From positions 2,418,001 to 2,482,000 of the forward strand of contig NC_058368.1 of NCBI RefSeq assembly GCF_018350175.1: DNA of 64,000 nt, read 5' to 3'. Position numbers and translations under genes: made by a program. The notes below the pieces were generated by a model. The model made no database searches. It was not told the DNA's origin and was given only the letters and a program-made list of their open reading frames with translations. Every line of letters begins with the position of its first letter. Position 1 is the first letter of the stretch. Origin of the DNA: Felis catus (lineage: Eukaryota). This document shows positions 13,428 through 26,674 of the stretch, one piece after another.

Positions 13428-13486
13428 TTTCATACCAACAAAAATTTTCCACAAAAATTTTTTCATGCCAACAAAAATTTTCCACA
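13428..13486. repeat. Direct repeat of 26 bp, period 33
   Basis: tttcat(a/g)ccaacaaaaattttccaca at 13428 and 13461. Confidence 0.85.
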
Positions 13487-15378
13487 TGGACCAGGCTGTA
13501 CTTAAATATGTGGTTAAGTATTATTTCTAGAATGAAATTGTTTGTAATCTGAAACATTTAACCATCTTATCTCATTCAATCCTATTCAACTTTTAATTCA
13601 TATATTGCTACTATTGGTGGCCTGAGAGGCGTTTATGCACTGCTGTAACTCATAAAACTCTAAAGGCACAATAACAAGAACATTAATTTGTATACATTAT
13701 CTACTAGAACATATGTTTGATTGAATAAAAGCATTAGGGATTTTTCACTTGGGTTCAGCTAAACATAACTGCAAAAGAAAGATTAAAATACACTTCTGCT
13801 TTGATATACAATTTGTTTTTCTTTCTTTCTTGCCCCCTCCCCCCCAGACAAGTACCACAAAAGATTTACAGTAGGATATGTAAGTACTGTCCTCCCATTA
13901 TTCAAGGAAGGAGAGTAAGACAACCTCTCATTCATGTAGGACAAATAGCTATGCCAAAAGCACAAATTACATCTAATTGCAGGGTATAACTTTGTCATCT
14001 TTCTTTTCATAATCTAGCTATTTACACACTTTGATTTTTTACTTCCATTTGGGTTTATTAACATCAAAGCTTTGTCATCACTTATCTGTTTCTAGAGACA
14101 TTTTTACCTGAGGCAATAAAGAATAAAAATGTCTGCATTCTTGCTTTACTGTTGACTAAAGAAAGCTTTAGTTTTCATTGGGCTTTCAACGTTTCACGGT
14201 TATTAAACTCCTCTATGTTGCTGTAAAGTTTACTGCCCTTGGCATACCAATTTTAAATGTACTATCACTAAACCCAAGGCACTGCACACAAATATACTCC
14301 AATCCAAGTACACCCAGTGAGTTCAAGTTTTACCCACTGCTAATGGTATTATTAATGTCTTTTACTCTCTTTTCACAAAAATAATCACCACAAATGTAGT
14401 CAGACAACCTAGAATAAAAGAAAGCAACACCATTTTTTTTTATGAATTGAGTAGGGTTGTCACAGCAAGTTAAAACAGCTCCACTGTATTAATTACATTA
14501 TTGGGGTTTGTAAATTATTCACTGATATATGATAGAAATGCATTACATTTAATGAAACTTGCAAATTCACTTCTCAATTAATATATATTTTTGACTGTTT
14601 AAACATGATCTATGTTCCTTGCTTTTATTTAAAATTTGTGACCATTTGTTTTAGTCGGGTTGTACACACAAAATGTAAAATACGTGTTCAAATGTGAATT
14701 TAAATATTATCAAAGGAAAACAAAACATCTTTGGTGTTCTCTTACTATTTTAGACTTTAATATTTTAAAATTTAATGCCATGATGCAGTATACTACTTAC
14801 ACTAAAATCATAATACCGAGTTTTCTTCAAAATAACTTATCAGGTATTCCTTTTAGCCACACTGGAAAAACCCACTAAGAGAAAGCCATTAGAATTTTGT
14901 GGCAAATTAGTCCTGTATTCACCATGACTGTGGTTGCTAAGCTCTCCTTCTTCATGTCGGTTATGCCCTCCCCATTGTCTCTAGGGGTTTTTCTCTCCCG
15001 TAGCAGTTAGCATAGAGCCCTCTGACATGGCCCATCTTTCCAGAGCCGTTCACAATCAGGCTCTTTTTGCCTGTTTTTTCATAGAAGGAAAGTGGGAATT
15101 CGGTCTATAGCCAGCTTCTAGGTCTAACCAAACCCTTTGCTTTCACTCCTGTTACAACAGAAGAATCTTTTTTGCTGTCAAAGTCCAACCTTTCTACTTG
15201 TGGTCTTGACTCCACACAACTTCCCTTCTCAAAAGACTTCAACCTATAATTATCCCTCACAGATCTGTAAACAATTTTTGCCTCCCTATTATGTCATCCT
15301 ATCAGCATGCAAATCTCATCTACTGTCTCACATCTGAAAACAAAAACAAAACCTGACCTTGGTCTCATATCTTGTGTC

Positions 15379-16417
15379 TTTTTTTTTTCCTTTCCAAGAT
15401 TTTATTTAAATTCAAGTTAGTTAATATATAGTGTAGTGTTGGTTTCAGGAGAATTCAGTGATTCATCAATTCCGCGTAACACCCAGTGCTCCTCACAAAG
15501 AGTGCCCTCCTTCATGCCTGTCACCGTTTAGCCCCTCCCCCAACTCCCCTCCCCTCCAGCAACCTTCAGTTTGTTCTCCATAGTTAAGAGTCTCTTATGG
15601 TTTGACTCCCTCTGCCTTTATTTTATTTTTCCTTCTCTTTTCCTATGTTCATCTGTCTTACTTCTTAAATTCCACATGTGAGTGAAATCATACGGTATTT
15701 GTCTTTCTCTGACTTATTTTGCTTAGCATAATACACTCTAGTTCCAACCAAGTTGATGCAAATGGCAAGATTTCGTTCTTCATGAAGGTTAATATTCCAT
15801 TTATATACATGCCACACCTTCTTTACCCATTCATCTGTTGATGGACATTTGGGCTCTTTCCATGATTTGGCTGTTGTTAATAGTGCTGCTATAAACATTG
15901 GGGTGCCTGTGACCCTTTGCATCATACACAAAAATAAATTCAAGATGGATGAAAGACCTAAATGGGAGACAAGAAACCATCAAAACCCTAGAGGAGAGAA
16001 CACAGGCAGTAACCTCTTTGACCTTGGCTGTAGCAACTTCTTACCAGACACATCTCCAGAGGCAAGGAAAACAAAGGCAAAAACGAACTATTGCGGACTT
16101 CTTCAAGATAAAAAGCTTCTGAACAGCGAAGGAAACAATCAACAAAACTAAAAGGCAGCCTACATCATGGGAGAAGATCTCTGCAAATGACGTATTGGAT
16201 AAAGGGCTAGTATCCAAAATCTTTAAAGAACTTATCAAATTCAACATCCCAAAAATAAATAATCCAGTTAAGAAATGGGCAGAAGACATGAATATACACT
16301 TCTCCAAAGAAGACATACAAATGGCTAACAGACACATGAAAAAATGCTCAACATCAGTCATCATCAGGAAAACACAAATCAAAACCACAATGAGGTACCA
16401 CCTCACACCTGTCAGAG
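15379..16417 (-). mobile_element. L1 with 5' inversion (antisense 3' part plus sense upstream ORF2 piece)
   Basis: 15379-15910 encodes TPMFIAAL...WKEPKCPS on the minus strand; 15920-16417 encodes DKGLVSKI...[11 protein letters not shown] on the plus strand. Confidence 0.9.
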
Positions 16418-16499
16418 TATCTTCTTGAATATCCTTTAGAGCAGCACTTCTAGAAAGAAGTATCTCTATTCATATCCTTTGTTTCCTTCCTTAACCATC

Positions 16500-16670
16500 T
16501 CTTCTTAATACATTCCAATTAAATTTCTCCCCCCCAGTATTTCACTGAAATTCCTCTTGTCAAAGTCACCAACACCTTCTCAACTGCCACATCCGAAGCC
16601 CAACTATGCGTTCTCATCATCTCAGCAGCAGCAGACTTAAGTGGGCACTCCCTCCTTGAAAGGTTTTCTC
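16500..16670 (+). mobile_element. L2 remnant
   Basis: cactgaaattcctcttgtcaaagtcaccaa...cactccctccttgaaa. Confidence 0.6.
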
Positions 16671-16684
16671 AAGACTAAACCATA

Positions 16685-16878
16685 GGGGTGCCTGGGTGGC
16701 TCAGTCGGTTAAGCATCCGACTTCGGCTCAGGTCATGATCTCACGGTTTGGGAGTTCGAGCCCCGCGCACTGGGCTCTGTGCTGACAGCTCAGAGCCTGG
16801 AGCCTGCTTTGGATTCTGTCTCCTCCTCTCTGCTCCTCCCCTGCTCGCACTCTCTCAAAAATAAATAAACATTAAAAA
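16685..16878 (+). mobile_element. Can-SINE
   Basis: Head, A tail, TSD aagactaaac. Confidence 0.95.
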
Positions 16879-17639
16879 AGACTAAACTGTAAAGGTAAAC
16901 CCATCTAATATTTTCTGGCTATGCAAATATTCCTCTTTGAATTATAAAAAACTGCCATATGAAACTTCTTGCTATACTTATTACTATAACGGTGCTACAG
17001 TGTTCTCTTTGTGAAACAGGAGAAGATAACTGTTCTGTTCCCAGATTTAGTTGTTTCTAAACAACTGGCTACTATGAAGCATATAACTGGCCTGTTCCCC
17101 TCTTTGAGCTTGTTGCTAAATTTAAAATCAAATTTGTGATTAACCACAAGTATAACACAAGATCTTATAGCATTACTTTAGTCTTTCTATAGTTTCATCT
17201 TGTATCTACTATTTTTCTCTCCATTTAAAAATTATTACCCACAACAGCATTTTTCTAAGCCATTTAAAATTATTTCAGTATCAAGCCCAGCATAAACATA
17301 CAAATATAGTTGAAAACAAAAAACCAACAATGACAGCATTAAAGTCAGTGGGGGAAGACACCCACTTTTGTCTTCCTGGAAGTTGCTTTTTTCCAGGCAT
17401 CCTCTTCCCTCTTTCCTTCTGACATTTCAGAAACTATCCCTTACTGCATCCTAGGCAAGGTGTTGTTTTGTGTTGCTTATGCTACAAGTCCTCTCCTTTT
17501 AGATCCGTTAATCAAGAATTGGCTGCAGGCCCTCTCTTCCTCCTTCCCCTTGGTCAGGTGTGAGGGGAGCAGGCGTGGCAGGCCCAAGGCCTATCTTCCA
17601 GGAGATCAGTTACATACAGGCAGACCCATTACTCAAATA

Positions 17640-17715
17640 CAGATCTTCCTCCACTTATGATGCAGTGAGGTCCCAAAAAATCCCACTGTAAGCTGAAAAT
17701 ATCCTAAGTCAAAAA
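17640..17715 (+). mobile_element. Tigger-family (MER47/Tigger5-like) end fragment
   Basis: ta-cagatcttcctccacttatgatg...tgtaagctgaaaatatcctaagtcaaaa. Confidence 0.6.
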
Positions 17716-17716
17716 T

Positions 17717-17915
17717 GAGCACCTGGGTGGCTCAGTCCGTTAAGCATTTGACTTCGGCTCAGGTCATGATCTTGCGGTCTGTGAGTTCGAGCCCCGCGTC
17801 GGGCTCCGTGCTGACAGCTGAGCCTGGAGCCTGCTTCGGAGTCTGTGTCTCCCTCTGCCCCTCCCCTGCTCATGCTCTCTCACTGTCTCTTGAAAATAAA
17901 TAATGTTAAAGAAAA
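17717..17915 (+). mobile_element. Can-SINE
   Basis: Typical head and body. Confidence 0.93.
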
Positions 17916-18205
17916 ATTTTTTTAAAAATATTGAGACATAATTGACATGTAACATATGGTTTCAGGTGTACAAGATAATGCTTTGTTGTCTGTACACACG
18001 CTGATATGATCACCACCATGAGTCTCGTTAGCAACCATCACCACACAGGAACAATGTTTTTCTCTTCCGATGAGAACTTTTAAGAACTACTCCCTTAGCA
18101 ACCTTCAAACGTAGGATACGGTATTATCAACTACAGTCACCATGATGTACATCCTCAGGACATCTTTTTATAACTGGAGGTCTACCCCTTCTGGCCACCT
18201 TTGAC
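17916..18205 (-). mobile_element. L1 3'UTR fragment (L1MA-type)
   Basis: attgagacataattgacatgtaac...gtcaccatgatgtacat. Confidence 0.75.
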
Positions 18206-18594
18206 CATGTAAGAGACTAATAATTAAACCGACGTTTAATTATTAAGGTTAATGGAATTTCAGCGAGTCTTGCATCTTGATTTGTTTGTTTGGTTTTTTT
18301 TTTTAGATTCAAAGAAGCCAAACTTAGAATTGCACTCAGGGAAGCATTTGCTTTCTCCCAACATGAAGTCACCTAAATCAAATTTATTAAGTAATATCAA
18401 ATCTGGCATTTATAATAAATTTATACAACAGAATTAACTATAGAAATAATTATGTGAAAATTAATGTAACAGATCAACAAAGTTTTATAATGTGAGACAG
18501 TGAGTGGAATATGATATTCTGACGTATTCTTTTTTCCTCGACAACACCTCCAAACCCACATTCTAGGTAGGTTATAAAAATAAATGAAATATAG

Positions 18595-18810
18595 GGGCGC
18601 CTGGGTGGCTCAGTCGGTGGAGCGTCTGACTTCGGCTCAGGTCATGATCTCACAGCTCGTGGGTTCGAGCCCTGCAACGGGCTCTGGGCTGACAGCTCGG
18701 AGCCGGGAGCCCGCTTCAGATTCTGTGTCTCCTTCTCTCTCTGCCCCTCCCTTGCTTGTGCTCTGTCTCTGTCTTTCAAAAATGAATAAACATAAAAAAA
18801 TTAAAAAAAA
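18595..18810 (+). mobile_element. Can-SINE
   Basis: Head, (CT)n, A tail. Confidence 0.95.
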
Positions 18811-19145
18811 GTAAGTGAACTATAAAAAGACCAAAGACTTTTAAGGCAATCTTGACACCTATTTAGGAAGATCCTGTAATAATATTTGCTAATCCTCAAA
18901 TTATGTTAGTCTACCATGATTTGACCCCAGTGACAAATCAGCATCTTCTTCTGACCCCTCTTGGCCTGTTCTGCCTTTTTTTCCTGCCCTAAGCATCACT
19001 TTCTGATCTGAGGGAAACTGTGCTTTCATGTTTCTTTGAGAGGTATTTCTATGCCCATGATTTCTCTTCTAAAGACTAAGGTTTTGTCAAACAATGAATG
19101 TATCTCAATTTAAGTGATAAAAATGTGGACAAATTCTCATAGGAT

Positions 19146-19305
19146 GGGGGAGCTGGTTGGCTCGGTCGGTTGAGCCCGACCGACTCTTGGTTTTAGCTCA
19201 GGTCGGGGACTCACAGTGCATGAGTTTGCACAGAGCCTGCTTCGGACATTCTCTTTCTCTCTCTCTCAAAATAAATAAATAAAACTTTAAAAGTATAATA
19301 AAAAA
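19146..19305 (+). mobile_element. Can-SINE (degenerate, internally deleted)
   Basis: ggctcggtcggttgagc...ttagctcaggtc...(CT)n aaaataaa. Confidence 0.8.
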
Positions 19306-19339
19306 AATTCTCACAATAACAGGCAATGACATCTAGGCC

Positions 19340-19462
19340 ATGACTGCCACCTGGACAAAAGGGATTATAAAACACCACTGACTCTAAAATGTATCCCAAT
19401 TTCAGATACGTTAAAATGTAAAAAAAAAAAAAAAAAAAGTGTCCTAGACAGAATGAAATACA
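19340..19462. mobile_element. Tc2-type DNA transposon fragment (MER104/Kanga-like)
   Basis: atcccaatttcagatacgttaaaatgtaaaa...gtcctagacagaatgaaatac. Confidence 0.55.
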
Positions 19463-20140
19463 ATATAAGTACCAGAGTGCTGACACTCTAATTAATTCCA
19501 CTTTAATAAAGATTTTTAAAGTTATTAGATATTTTAACAAATTAAATGCTATGAGTCAGAATATAAAAAATAGTTTCTGAGCTTAAAGGCTAACGTTGTT
19601 AGACTAGACACTAGATTTTCTCATAAGAAAATGCAAATGCTAATTGAAGGCACAAACAAAACATTATGAAAAGTTAAAGAAAGGAGGTATTAAAGTAGGC
19701 TTCAAGATCATCATCTCCATGGATATAATTAGGATAGCCAGAAGGGGGGATTCCTAATGATTAACAGGAACTGATAAAACAGAAACTACTAATTATCATG
19801 GATGTCAAAATTTGAAAATTAAAGGCATGAAAAACCAGACTGTTCTGAGAAAGTTAAAAGTTTCTAAGAGCTAATGCTGTTTTGCACTGCAAATTGCTAA
19901 AAGATTAATATTGCTGCAGTCTACGTTACACCATTGAAAATGCTCTATCACAAATCTAAGGTGAGGTAGGATTAAAAGGCACTTTTAATATCATTCCAGA
20001 AATATAGGTCAAGATTACTAAATGGGATCTAAACAAAAAATCACATACACACACACATCACTTCTAAGATATGTTCATGTGTAAGGCATTTCATCATGCA
20101 TGAAAGATATTCATATGAATCCATCTTCAAAGTGTTTTTT

Positions 20141-20324
20141 GGGGGTGCCTGAGTGGCTTAGTCAGTCAAGCATCCAACTTCAGCTCAGGTCATGATCTCA
20201 CAGTTCATGACTTCGAGCCCCGCGTCAGGGTCTCTGCTGTCAGCACAGAACCGACTTCAGATCCTCTGTTCCCCCCTCTCTCTGCCCCTTCCCTGCTCAT
20301 GTGCACTCTCTTCTCAAAACAAAA
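20141..20324 (+). mobile_element. Can-SINE
   Basis: Typical head and body. Confidence 0.93.
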
Positions 20325-20956
20325 CGTTTCTTTCTTCTAATTTGTTTTTACTTAAATAAAAGCAAGCAAATTAAAACATCAAGAGAGGAAAATATATTTA
20401 AAAAAACGTCAATAAAGAGAAATGAGAATTATTGAGAAATAAATTAATGAGAAATCATTAAAATCAGACCTGACAACTAAATCATAATCGCAATTACGCA
20501 AGAAAACAACACATGACCTCAATGTACACAATAACTTCTCCCCTGAGAAGATCAAGGTGATTCTCCCACACAACAAGCCACATTTTTCATAAACCTTGAA
20601 ACTATAAGTTTCTTATAGTATGGTTTTAAAATGTGTATTTTCTGAACTGCAACACCAATTTCTGGTCCACAAGACTGGTTTTCATATTGGTAATTTTCTC
20701 ATTAAAAATATAAGCTTTATTGGAAAACTCAAGGGCATTATAATACCTGATGTAAGCTGAACTCTAAAAAGATGACTAGTTTAACAATCTAAGATTGTTT
20801 TCAAGTTTTAGTAGCAGAGTACTACCTTCTACATAGAAGGCAGATATAAAAGGGATCTCTGAAAGGCTGCCCATTTGATTCTCTTCTGGGTCTTGAGAAG
20901 TCTCTGATAGAAAACGGCTAGAAGCCATAGCTCCTAGAGTCAGACCAAATACTAAC

Positions 20957-21331
20957 TGCATTGTGTCCTAGGGCTCCTGAAACAAAATGCCACAAACTGA
21001 GTGGTTGAAATACCAGAAATTTATTGTGTCACAGGTCTGGAGGCCAGAAGCCTGAGATGGAGGGGTCCACAGGCCATGCTCCCTCTGAAGGCATTTCTCC
21101 AGCTTGTGGCAGCATAATTCCGGTCTTCACATGACGTTCTCCCTTTGTGTGCACCTAAATTTCCCCCTTTTCATAAGGACATACTGTATCAGGGGCCCAA
21201 CCTACTCCAATACGATCTCTTCTTGATTTTAACTAATTACATCTCACACAATCCTGTTTCCAAATAAGGTCTGAGGTAATGGAGGTCAGGACTTCAACGT
21301 GCATTTTGCGGGGACACAGTTCAACTCAAGA
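20957..21331 (-). mobile_element. MaLR LTR (MLT1-type)
   Basis: cctagggc...aacaaaatgccacaaactgagtgg...cagaaatttatt; ends gggacacagttcaac. Confidence 0.85.
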
Positions 21332-22472
21332 GTCCACCCTATGGTCCTCCAAAATTCACGTGCTTTCACATGCAAAATGCACTCTCCTCATCCTTGACCT
21401 CCTCCAAAGTTCTAATCAGCCCAGCAGCCACCTTAAGTCCAACATCTTATCTAAATACCATCAACTAAGTCCTAAATCTCATCATGTAAATTCTCCCAAT
21501 CACTTCTGGGTGAGACTCAGGGTATGACTTTCTTGGGGTGACAGTCTACTTGTTCTGTAAACCTATGAAACTAGTCAAGTTATCGGTTTTCAAAATACAA
21601 CGAGGGGACACACACAGGACAGACTTCACCATTTGAAGAGAGAGATCCAAGACATGGGTCCCAGGCATGTCTGAAATTTAGAGCAAACCGGATTTTACGG
21701 TTTGAGAATAATCCTCCGTGGCTGGGTGCTTTGTGCTTCCGAAATTGTTCTGGTCTTTTCTGGAAAGATAACACGTCTGCAGCTGGACAGCTCCATCAAC
21801 CTGTTTCTTGCCTGTGCCTGAAGAACTGGAGAAGTCCTTCTTTTCACTTCATCGCTCTCTGCTCCCTTCAGTCTAACCCTGGCAGCCTTTTGCTAAGCTG
21901 GTTGACTGGATTCTGGAGTAACACACCTAATCTCGTCAGCAAATGGTGGTCGAGCCACATGCTTAGTTTTCTCTGCAGAGCGTCCTTCTCATTTGTTTAC
22001 AATCTAGACCTGCCCACAGCTTTCCAAATCTTCAAGTTCCGGTCCTTTTGTGTAATAATTTCTTCCTTAATTTCTCTCTCTCTCTTCTCAACTTTTACTA
22101 CGTACAGCAAGGAGAAACTGGACCGGGACTTCAACTCTCTGCTAGAAATCTGCTCAACTGAATATCCAATTTTATCGCTCACAATTTCTACTTGTCCCAA
22201 AATAGTAGAACACGATTTGGCCAAGTGCCACTCTATCACAGGAACTGCCTCTGCTCCAGTTTCCATTACCGTGTTCCTCTCTCCATCTGAGACCTCACCA
22301 GAAGCACCCATGACATTCACATTTGTAGCAACAGTCTCTGCAAGGCAATCTAGGCCACTGCCGTCACGTGCCCCAAAACTCTTCCTGCCTCTACCCAGTA
22401 ACCAATTCCGAAGCCACTTCCACGCTTCCAGATACTTGTTACAGCAGCATCCTAATCACCCGTCCCCAAATC
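21332..22472 (-). mobile_element. MaLR internal region (MLT1-int-like) with decayed ORF
   Basis: Minus ORF 21997-22320 (LAKSC...VEIVSDKIGYSVEQIS) resembles the MaLR internal ORF; start gctgctgtaacaagtatctggaagcgtggaagtggc resembles the MaLR-int 5' end. Confidence 0.8.
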
Positions 22473-22901
22473 TGTGGGTTCTCCAGAGAATGGGACCAAT
22501 AAGATATTCATATATCCTATATGTATAAAGGGAAAAAGAGAGACAGAGTGAGGGGTTTATTTTAAGGAATTAGTTCATGAGATTGTGGGCAACAGCAAAT
22601 CAAAAACCTGTGGGGCAGGCTAGAATTTCTGGTAAGAGACTGGAAATTCAGGCAAGGTTTCTATGTTGCCTGGGGGAGATCAAATTCTTTCTGAGGAAAC
22701 CTCAGCTTTGTTCTTAAGGCGTCCACTGATTGGATTACATTCCACACTATGGAGAGTAATCTGCTTTACTGAACAGTCTACTGATTTAAATGTGAATCAC
22801 ATCTAAAAAAAACCTCTCCACAGTAATATCTAGACTAATGTTTAACCAAACAACTGAGCACCATAGCCTTGCCAAGTTGACACATGAAATTAATGATCAC
22901 T
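22473..22901 (-). mobile_element. ERVL LTR (MLT2-type)
   Basis: gggttctccagagaa...ttaaggaattagttcatg...gccaagttgacacatgaaattaatgatcac. Confidence 0.85.
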
Positions 22902-23016
22902 CTGACCTCACTAATTTTCTTGCCATCATTATTGTTATCAGTCTCAATAATATAAACATGACAATTTCAACAATGTTCGTAACTTCTTTATTTTTTTGAC
23001 TACAATGAAAATATTC

Positions 23017-23214
23017 CTTTTTTAGTTTGTTTATTTATTTTGAGAGAGAGCCCGTTAGGGGGAGGGGCAAAGAGAGGGAAAGAGAATCCCAAGCAGGCTC
23101 AGCACTGTCAGCATGGAGCCTGACACGGGGCTTGATCCCACAGAACCGTGAGATCATGACCTGAGCCCGAACCAAGAGTCAGATGCTTAACTGACTGAGC
23201 CACCCAAGCACCCC
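23017..23214 (-). mobile_element. Can-SINE
   Basis: TSD tacaatgaaaatattc. Confidence 0.95.
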
Positions 23215-24009
23215 TACAATGAAAATATTCTAAACCTTAATTACTGGTTTCCATAATACCAGGAATGTTACAAAGAGAAATAATTAATTTCATGAGAAAT
23301 CTCTGGTGGAGAAGGGTGTACCTTGCAACCTTGGAAATGTACATTGAACAAACATTTAATGAACACCTTTTAAGCGCCAGGCCCTAAGTTCGGCACTAGA
23401 GAGACAACATGTGAGAAAAGCTCACTTTGCTCAGTTCTTTTACTCCTTGATAACTAACTGAAGAAACACAAAGGACACGCTGGACCGTACCGAGTGCCCA
23501 CGTATCCTCTCCAACGCATAGAACGCCAATATGCAATCCCCCTGGTACCATTCGTAACAAGTGGTCAAGTGGAGGTTTTCCTGTCCCTTGAAACCTGGGT
23601 CAAACACTCTTGAACTCCACAGGAGTCATCGATTGTCTCAGCGCCTAATCTACCCTCCTCCGTCCTGCTTTGTGATGCTGGAACAGAACCCCCTGCAGAC
23701 TTTTCCCCTTGGTCGGCTAGAACAGTTTTAATCTCAGTCAACAGAGAGCACTGGAGTGACATTGCAAGGAAGCGGAGGCCGGAAGCCTTCTGCCTCTTTT
23801 ATTCTGAGCTGGAGCCCAGCAGCCCTCATAGACCAGCCAGGGCCATTTCCAATCAACTCCAGTAGGCAGGTGCAGTAGCTCTGGCTACGCCGTACTCAGG
23901 CCAGAAGCTTCCCGCCAGGTGGGCAGCTTCCCAACAGCTCTACAGGCGGACTCCGTGGCCGCTCTTGTGGGGGGTGGCATCAGGCCAACACACAACCCAC
24001 CAGGCCACC

Positions 24010-24103
24010 TCTGATGCGCACTGAGGAGGGCACCTGTTGGGATGAGCTCTGCGTGTTGTACGGAAACCAATTTGACAATAAAGTTCATATTAAAAAAAAA
24101 AAA
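24010..24103 (+). mobile_element. Very short felid-type L1 3' end
   Basis: gaggagggcacctgttgggatgagc...ggaaaccaatttgacaataaa plus poly-A. Confidence 0.9.
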
Positions 24104-24104
24104 G

Positions 24105-24570
24105 AGTAGCTCCAGGTGCTACTTCTGCGGGAGCTCTGGCCACGCCCTCGGGCCACATCCCTCATTCAGTGGGTCGAATCTAGAGACCAGTTCCAGCCCC
24201 CATACACCTTCCAGCAATGACAAGCTTCTTCCAAAGACTGGCTCTGGCCTGTGCCATCCGGCCAGAGCTACCAATAGTGGTCTTTATATTTTTGTGGTAG
24301 CCAAGTCCTCTTCAAAGAGGCTAAATCTCAGCTCAACCCCTCAGGGTTGGAGGGGAGTTTTCCCAAATCCTTAGTTCCTTCTTCACTGTCTAGTCTCCTT
24401 TCACTTACAGGTAGTAGCTACTCTTTGACACCTGCTACTTCCGGACCTCTTAAAGTCCTTCTTTCCTCTTTTAGCAGTCAACCTTCTTTTGCCAGGTCAT
24501 TCTTTATATTAAATGTCGCCTTTCAAATAACTGGTTTAAGTTTCTGTCTCCTAACTGGACCCTGACAGAG
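24105..24570 (+). mobile_element. Old ERVL-type LTR remnant
   Basis: Ends attaaa...gtttctgtctcctaactggaccctgac, a typical ERVL-LTR 3' end; 5' boundary uncertain. Confidence 0.45.
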
Positions 24571-24656
24571 ATAAATCCTACCTTTAATTTTAATCGTTAA
24601 CTGTTCAAAACCATTCCAGGAATTAATATATTAATATTAAAATGTTCATACTACCA

Positions 24657-24781
24657 GGGCACCTGGGTAGCTCAGTTAAGCATGCGACTCTTGATTTCAG
24701 CTCAGGTCTTGATTTCAGGGTCATGCGTTCAAGCCCTGGGTTGGGCTTTGAGCTGGGAGTAAAGCCTACTTAAAAAAAAAA
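24657..24781 (+). mobile_element. Short Can-SINE inside L1
   Basis: Head plus A tail; degenerate TSD aaaa(t/c)gt(t/c)cata(c/g)tacc. Confidence 0.85.
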
Positions 24782-25365
24782 CGTCCATAGTACCCAAGTG
24801 ATTTACAGATTCAATGTAATCCCTATCAAAATCCCAATGGCATTCTTTACAGAAATGGAAAAAAAAAATGCTGAAGTTCATATAGAACTACAAAAGATTC
24901 TGAAAAGTCAAAACAATCTTGAGCAAGAAGAACAAACCTGGAGGCATCACACTTACTGATTTCAAGAAATACTACAATGCATAGTAATCAAAAAAAATGT
25001 GATAGTCCCATAAAAATAGACATATGGAACAGAATAGAGCCCCAAAATAAGATACACGATGGGAAAGGACAGTCTCTTCAACAAATGGTATTAGGAAAAT
25101 TGGATATTTGTATGCAGAAAAATGAAACTGGATGCTTATCTCACATCATATACGGAAATTAACCACAGTGGATTAAAGACTTAAATGTAAGATCCCAAAC
25201 AGTAGAACTACTAGAGGAAAACATAGGGAAAAACACTTCTTGACAGTGGTCTGGGTGATGATTTTCTGGATATGTGACCAAAGGCACAGGCAACAAAAGC
25301 AAAAATTATCATGTGGGATTGCATCAAACGTGAAAAAACAAAAACAAAAAAGCTTATGCAGAGTG

Positions 25366-25577
25366 AGGCACCTGGGTGGCTTAGTTGGTTAAGCATCCGA
25401 CTCTTGATTTTGGCTCAGGTCATGATCTCACTTATGGTCGTGAGGTTGAGACCTGCATTGGGGCTCTGCACTAACAGTGAGGAGTTTGCTTGGGATTCTC
25501 CCTCTCCCTCTGCTCCCCCCCCCCCCACCCCTGCTTATGCAAGTGCTTGCTCTGTCTCAAAAAAAAAAAAAAAAAAA
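25366..25577 (+). mobile_element. Can-SINE inside L1
   Basis: Poly-A; TSD aaaaaagcttat. Confidence 0.93.
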
Positions 25578-26674
25578 GCTTATAAAGAGCAAAGAGAAAC
25601 CACGGACTGAAAGACAACCTACAGAATGGGAGAAAATTTTTGCAAACCATACATCTGATAAGACGTTAATAACCAAAATATAAATGGAACTCAAACTAAA
25701 TGGCTGTAGAAATAAATAAAATAACCAGATTAAAAAATGGGCAAAGGATGTGAACAGACATTTTTGGACACATACAAAAGACAAACATATATATGAAAAG
25801 GTGCTCAACATCATGAATCATCAGGAAAATGCAAATCGAAACTTCTACAAGGTATCACCTCACATCTGTCAGAATAGCTATTACCAAAAAGACAAAAGAT
25901 AACAAGTCATGAAAAGGAGGTGAAGAAAAGAAAACCCTTCTACACTGTTGGCTAGGAAAGTGAAGTGGGACAGGCATTATGAAAAACAATACAGAGGGTG
26001 CTCAGGACATTAAAAATAGAACTACCATATGGTCCCGCAGTACTACTTCTGGGTACGTACCTGAAGGAAATGAAATCAGTATTGTGAAGACATATCTGCA
26101 CTCCCACATTCATCGCAGCATTATTTACAGTAACCAACTGTCCATCAATGGCTGAAAGGAAAAGATGTGATGTGCGTGTACACACACGCACAGGAATATT
26201 ATTCAGCCTTGAAAAAGGAAATCTTGCTACCCAACAATAAAGATGAGAATGGAAGATATGCTAAGTGAAATAAGCCAGGTACAGAAAGACGAATGCTACA
26301 TGGTCTCACTTATATGTGAAATCTAAAATAGTTGAATAGAAGAACAGAGCAGAATGGTGGTTGCCCGAGGCTGGGGGAAGTGGGAAGGTGTTGGTCACAG
26401 GATAATAGTTTCGGTTAAACAAGATGAATAAGTCCTAGAGATCTAACATACACTATGGCGACTGCAATTAACAATGCTGTTATTATATACTGAATATATA
26501 TATATATATATTATATATATTCTATATATATAGAAATTTGTTTTAGGATAAATCTTAAGTGTCCTCATCACACACATACTCTATGGTAACTAGGTGAGGT
26601 GATGGGTATGTTAATTAACTCGTTACGGTGACCATTTCACAATGTATAAAAAAAAACATCAAGTTGTACACCTT

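Larger units (their letters stand above)
24630..26674 (+). mobile_element. Old L1 (L1MA-type) ORF2 3' part and 3'UTR, interrupted by SINEs
   Basis: acagattcaatgtaatccctatcaaaatcc, [13 protein letters not shown], 3'UTR ending aagttgtacacctta. Confidence 0.9.

Noticed and set aside
21731..22528. 265-aa plus-strand ORF as a novel gene
   Set aside because: It is antisense to a MaLR internal region, starts at TTG and has no recognisable domain.
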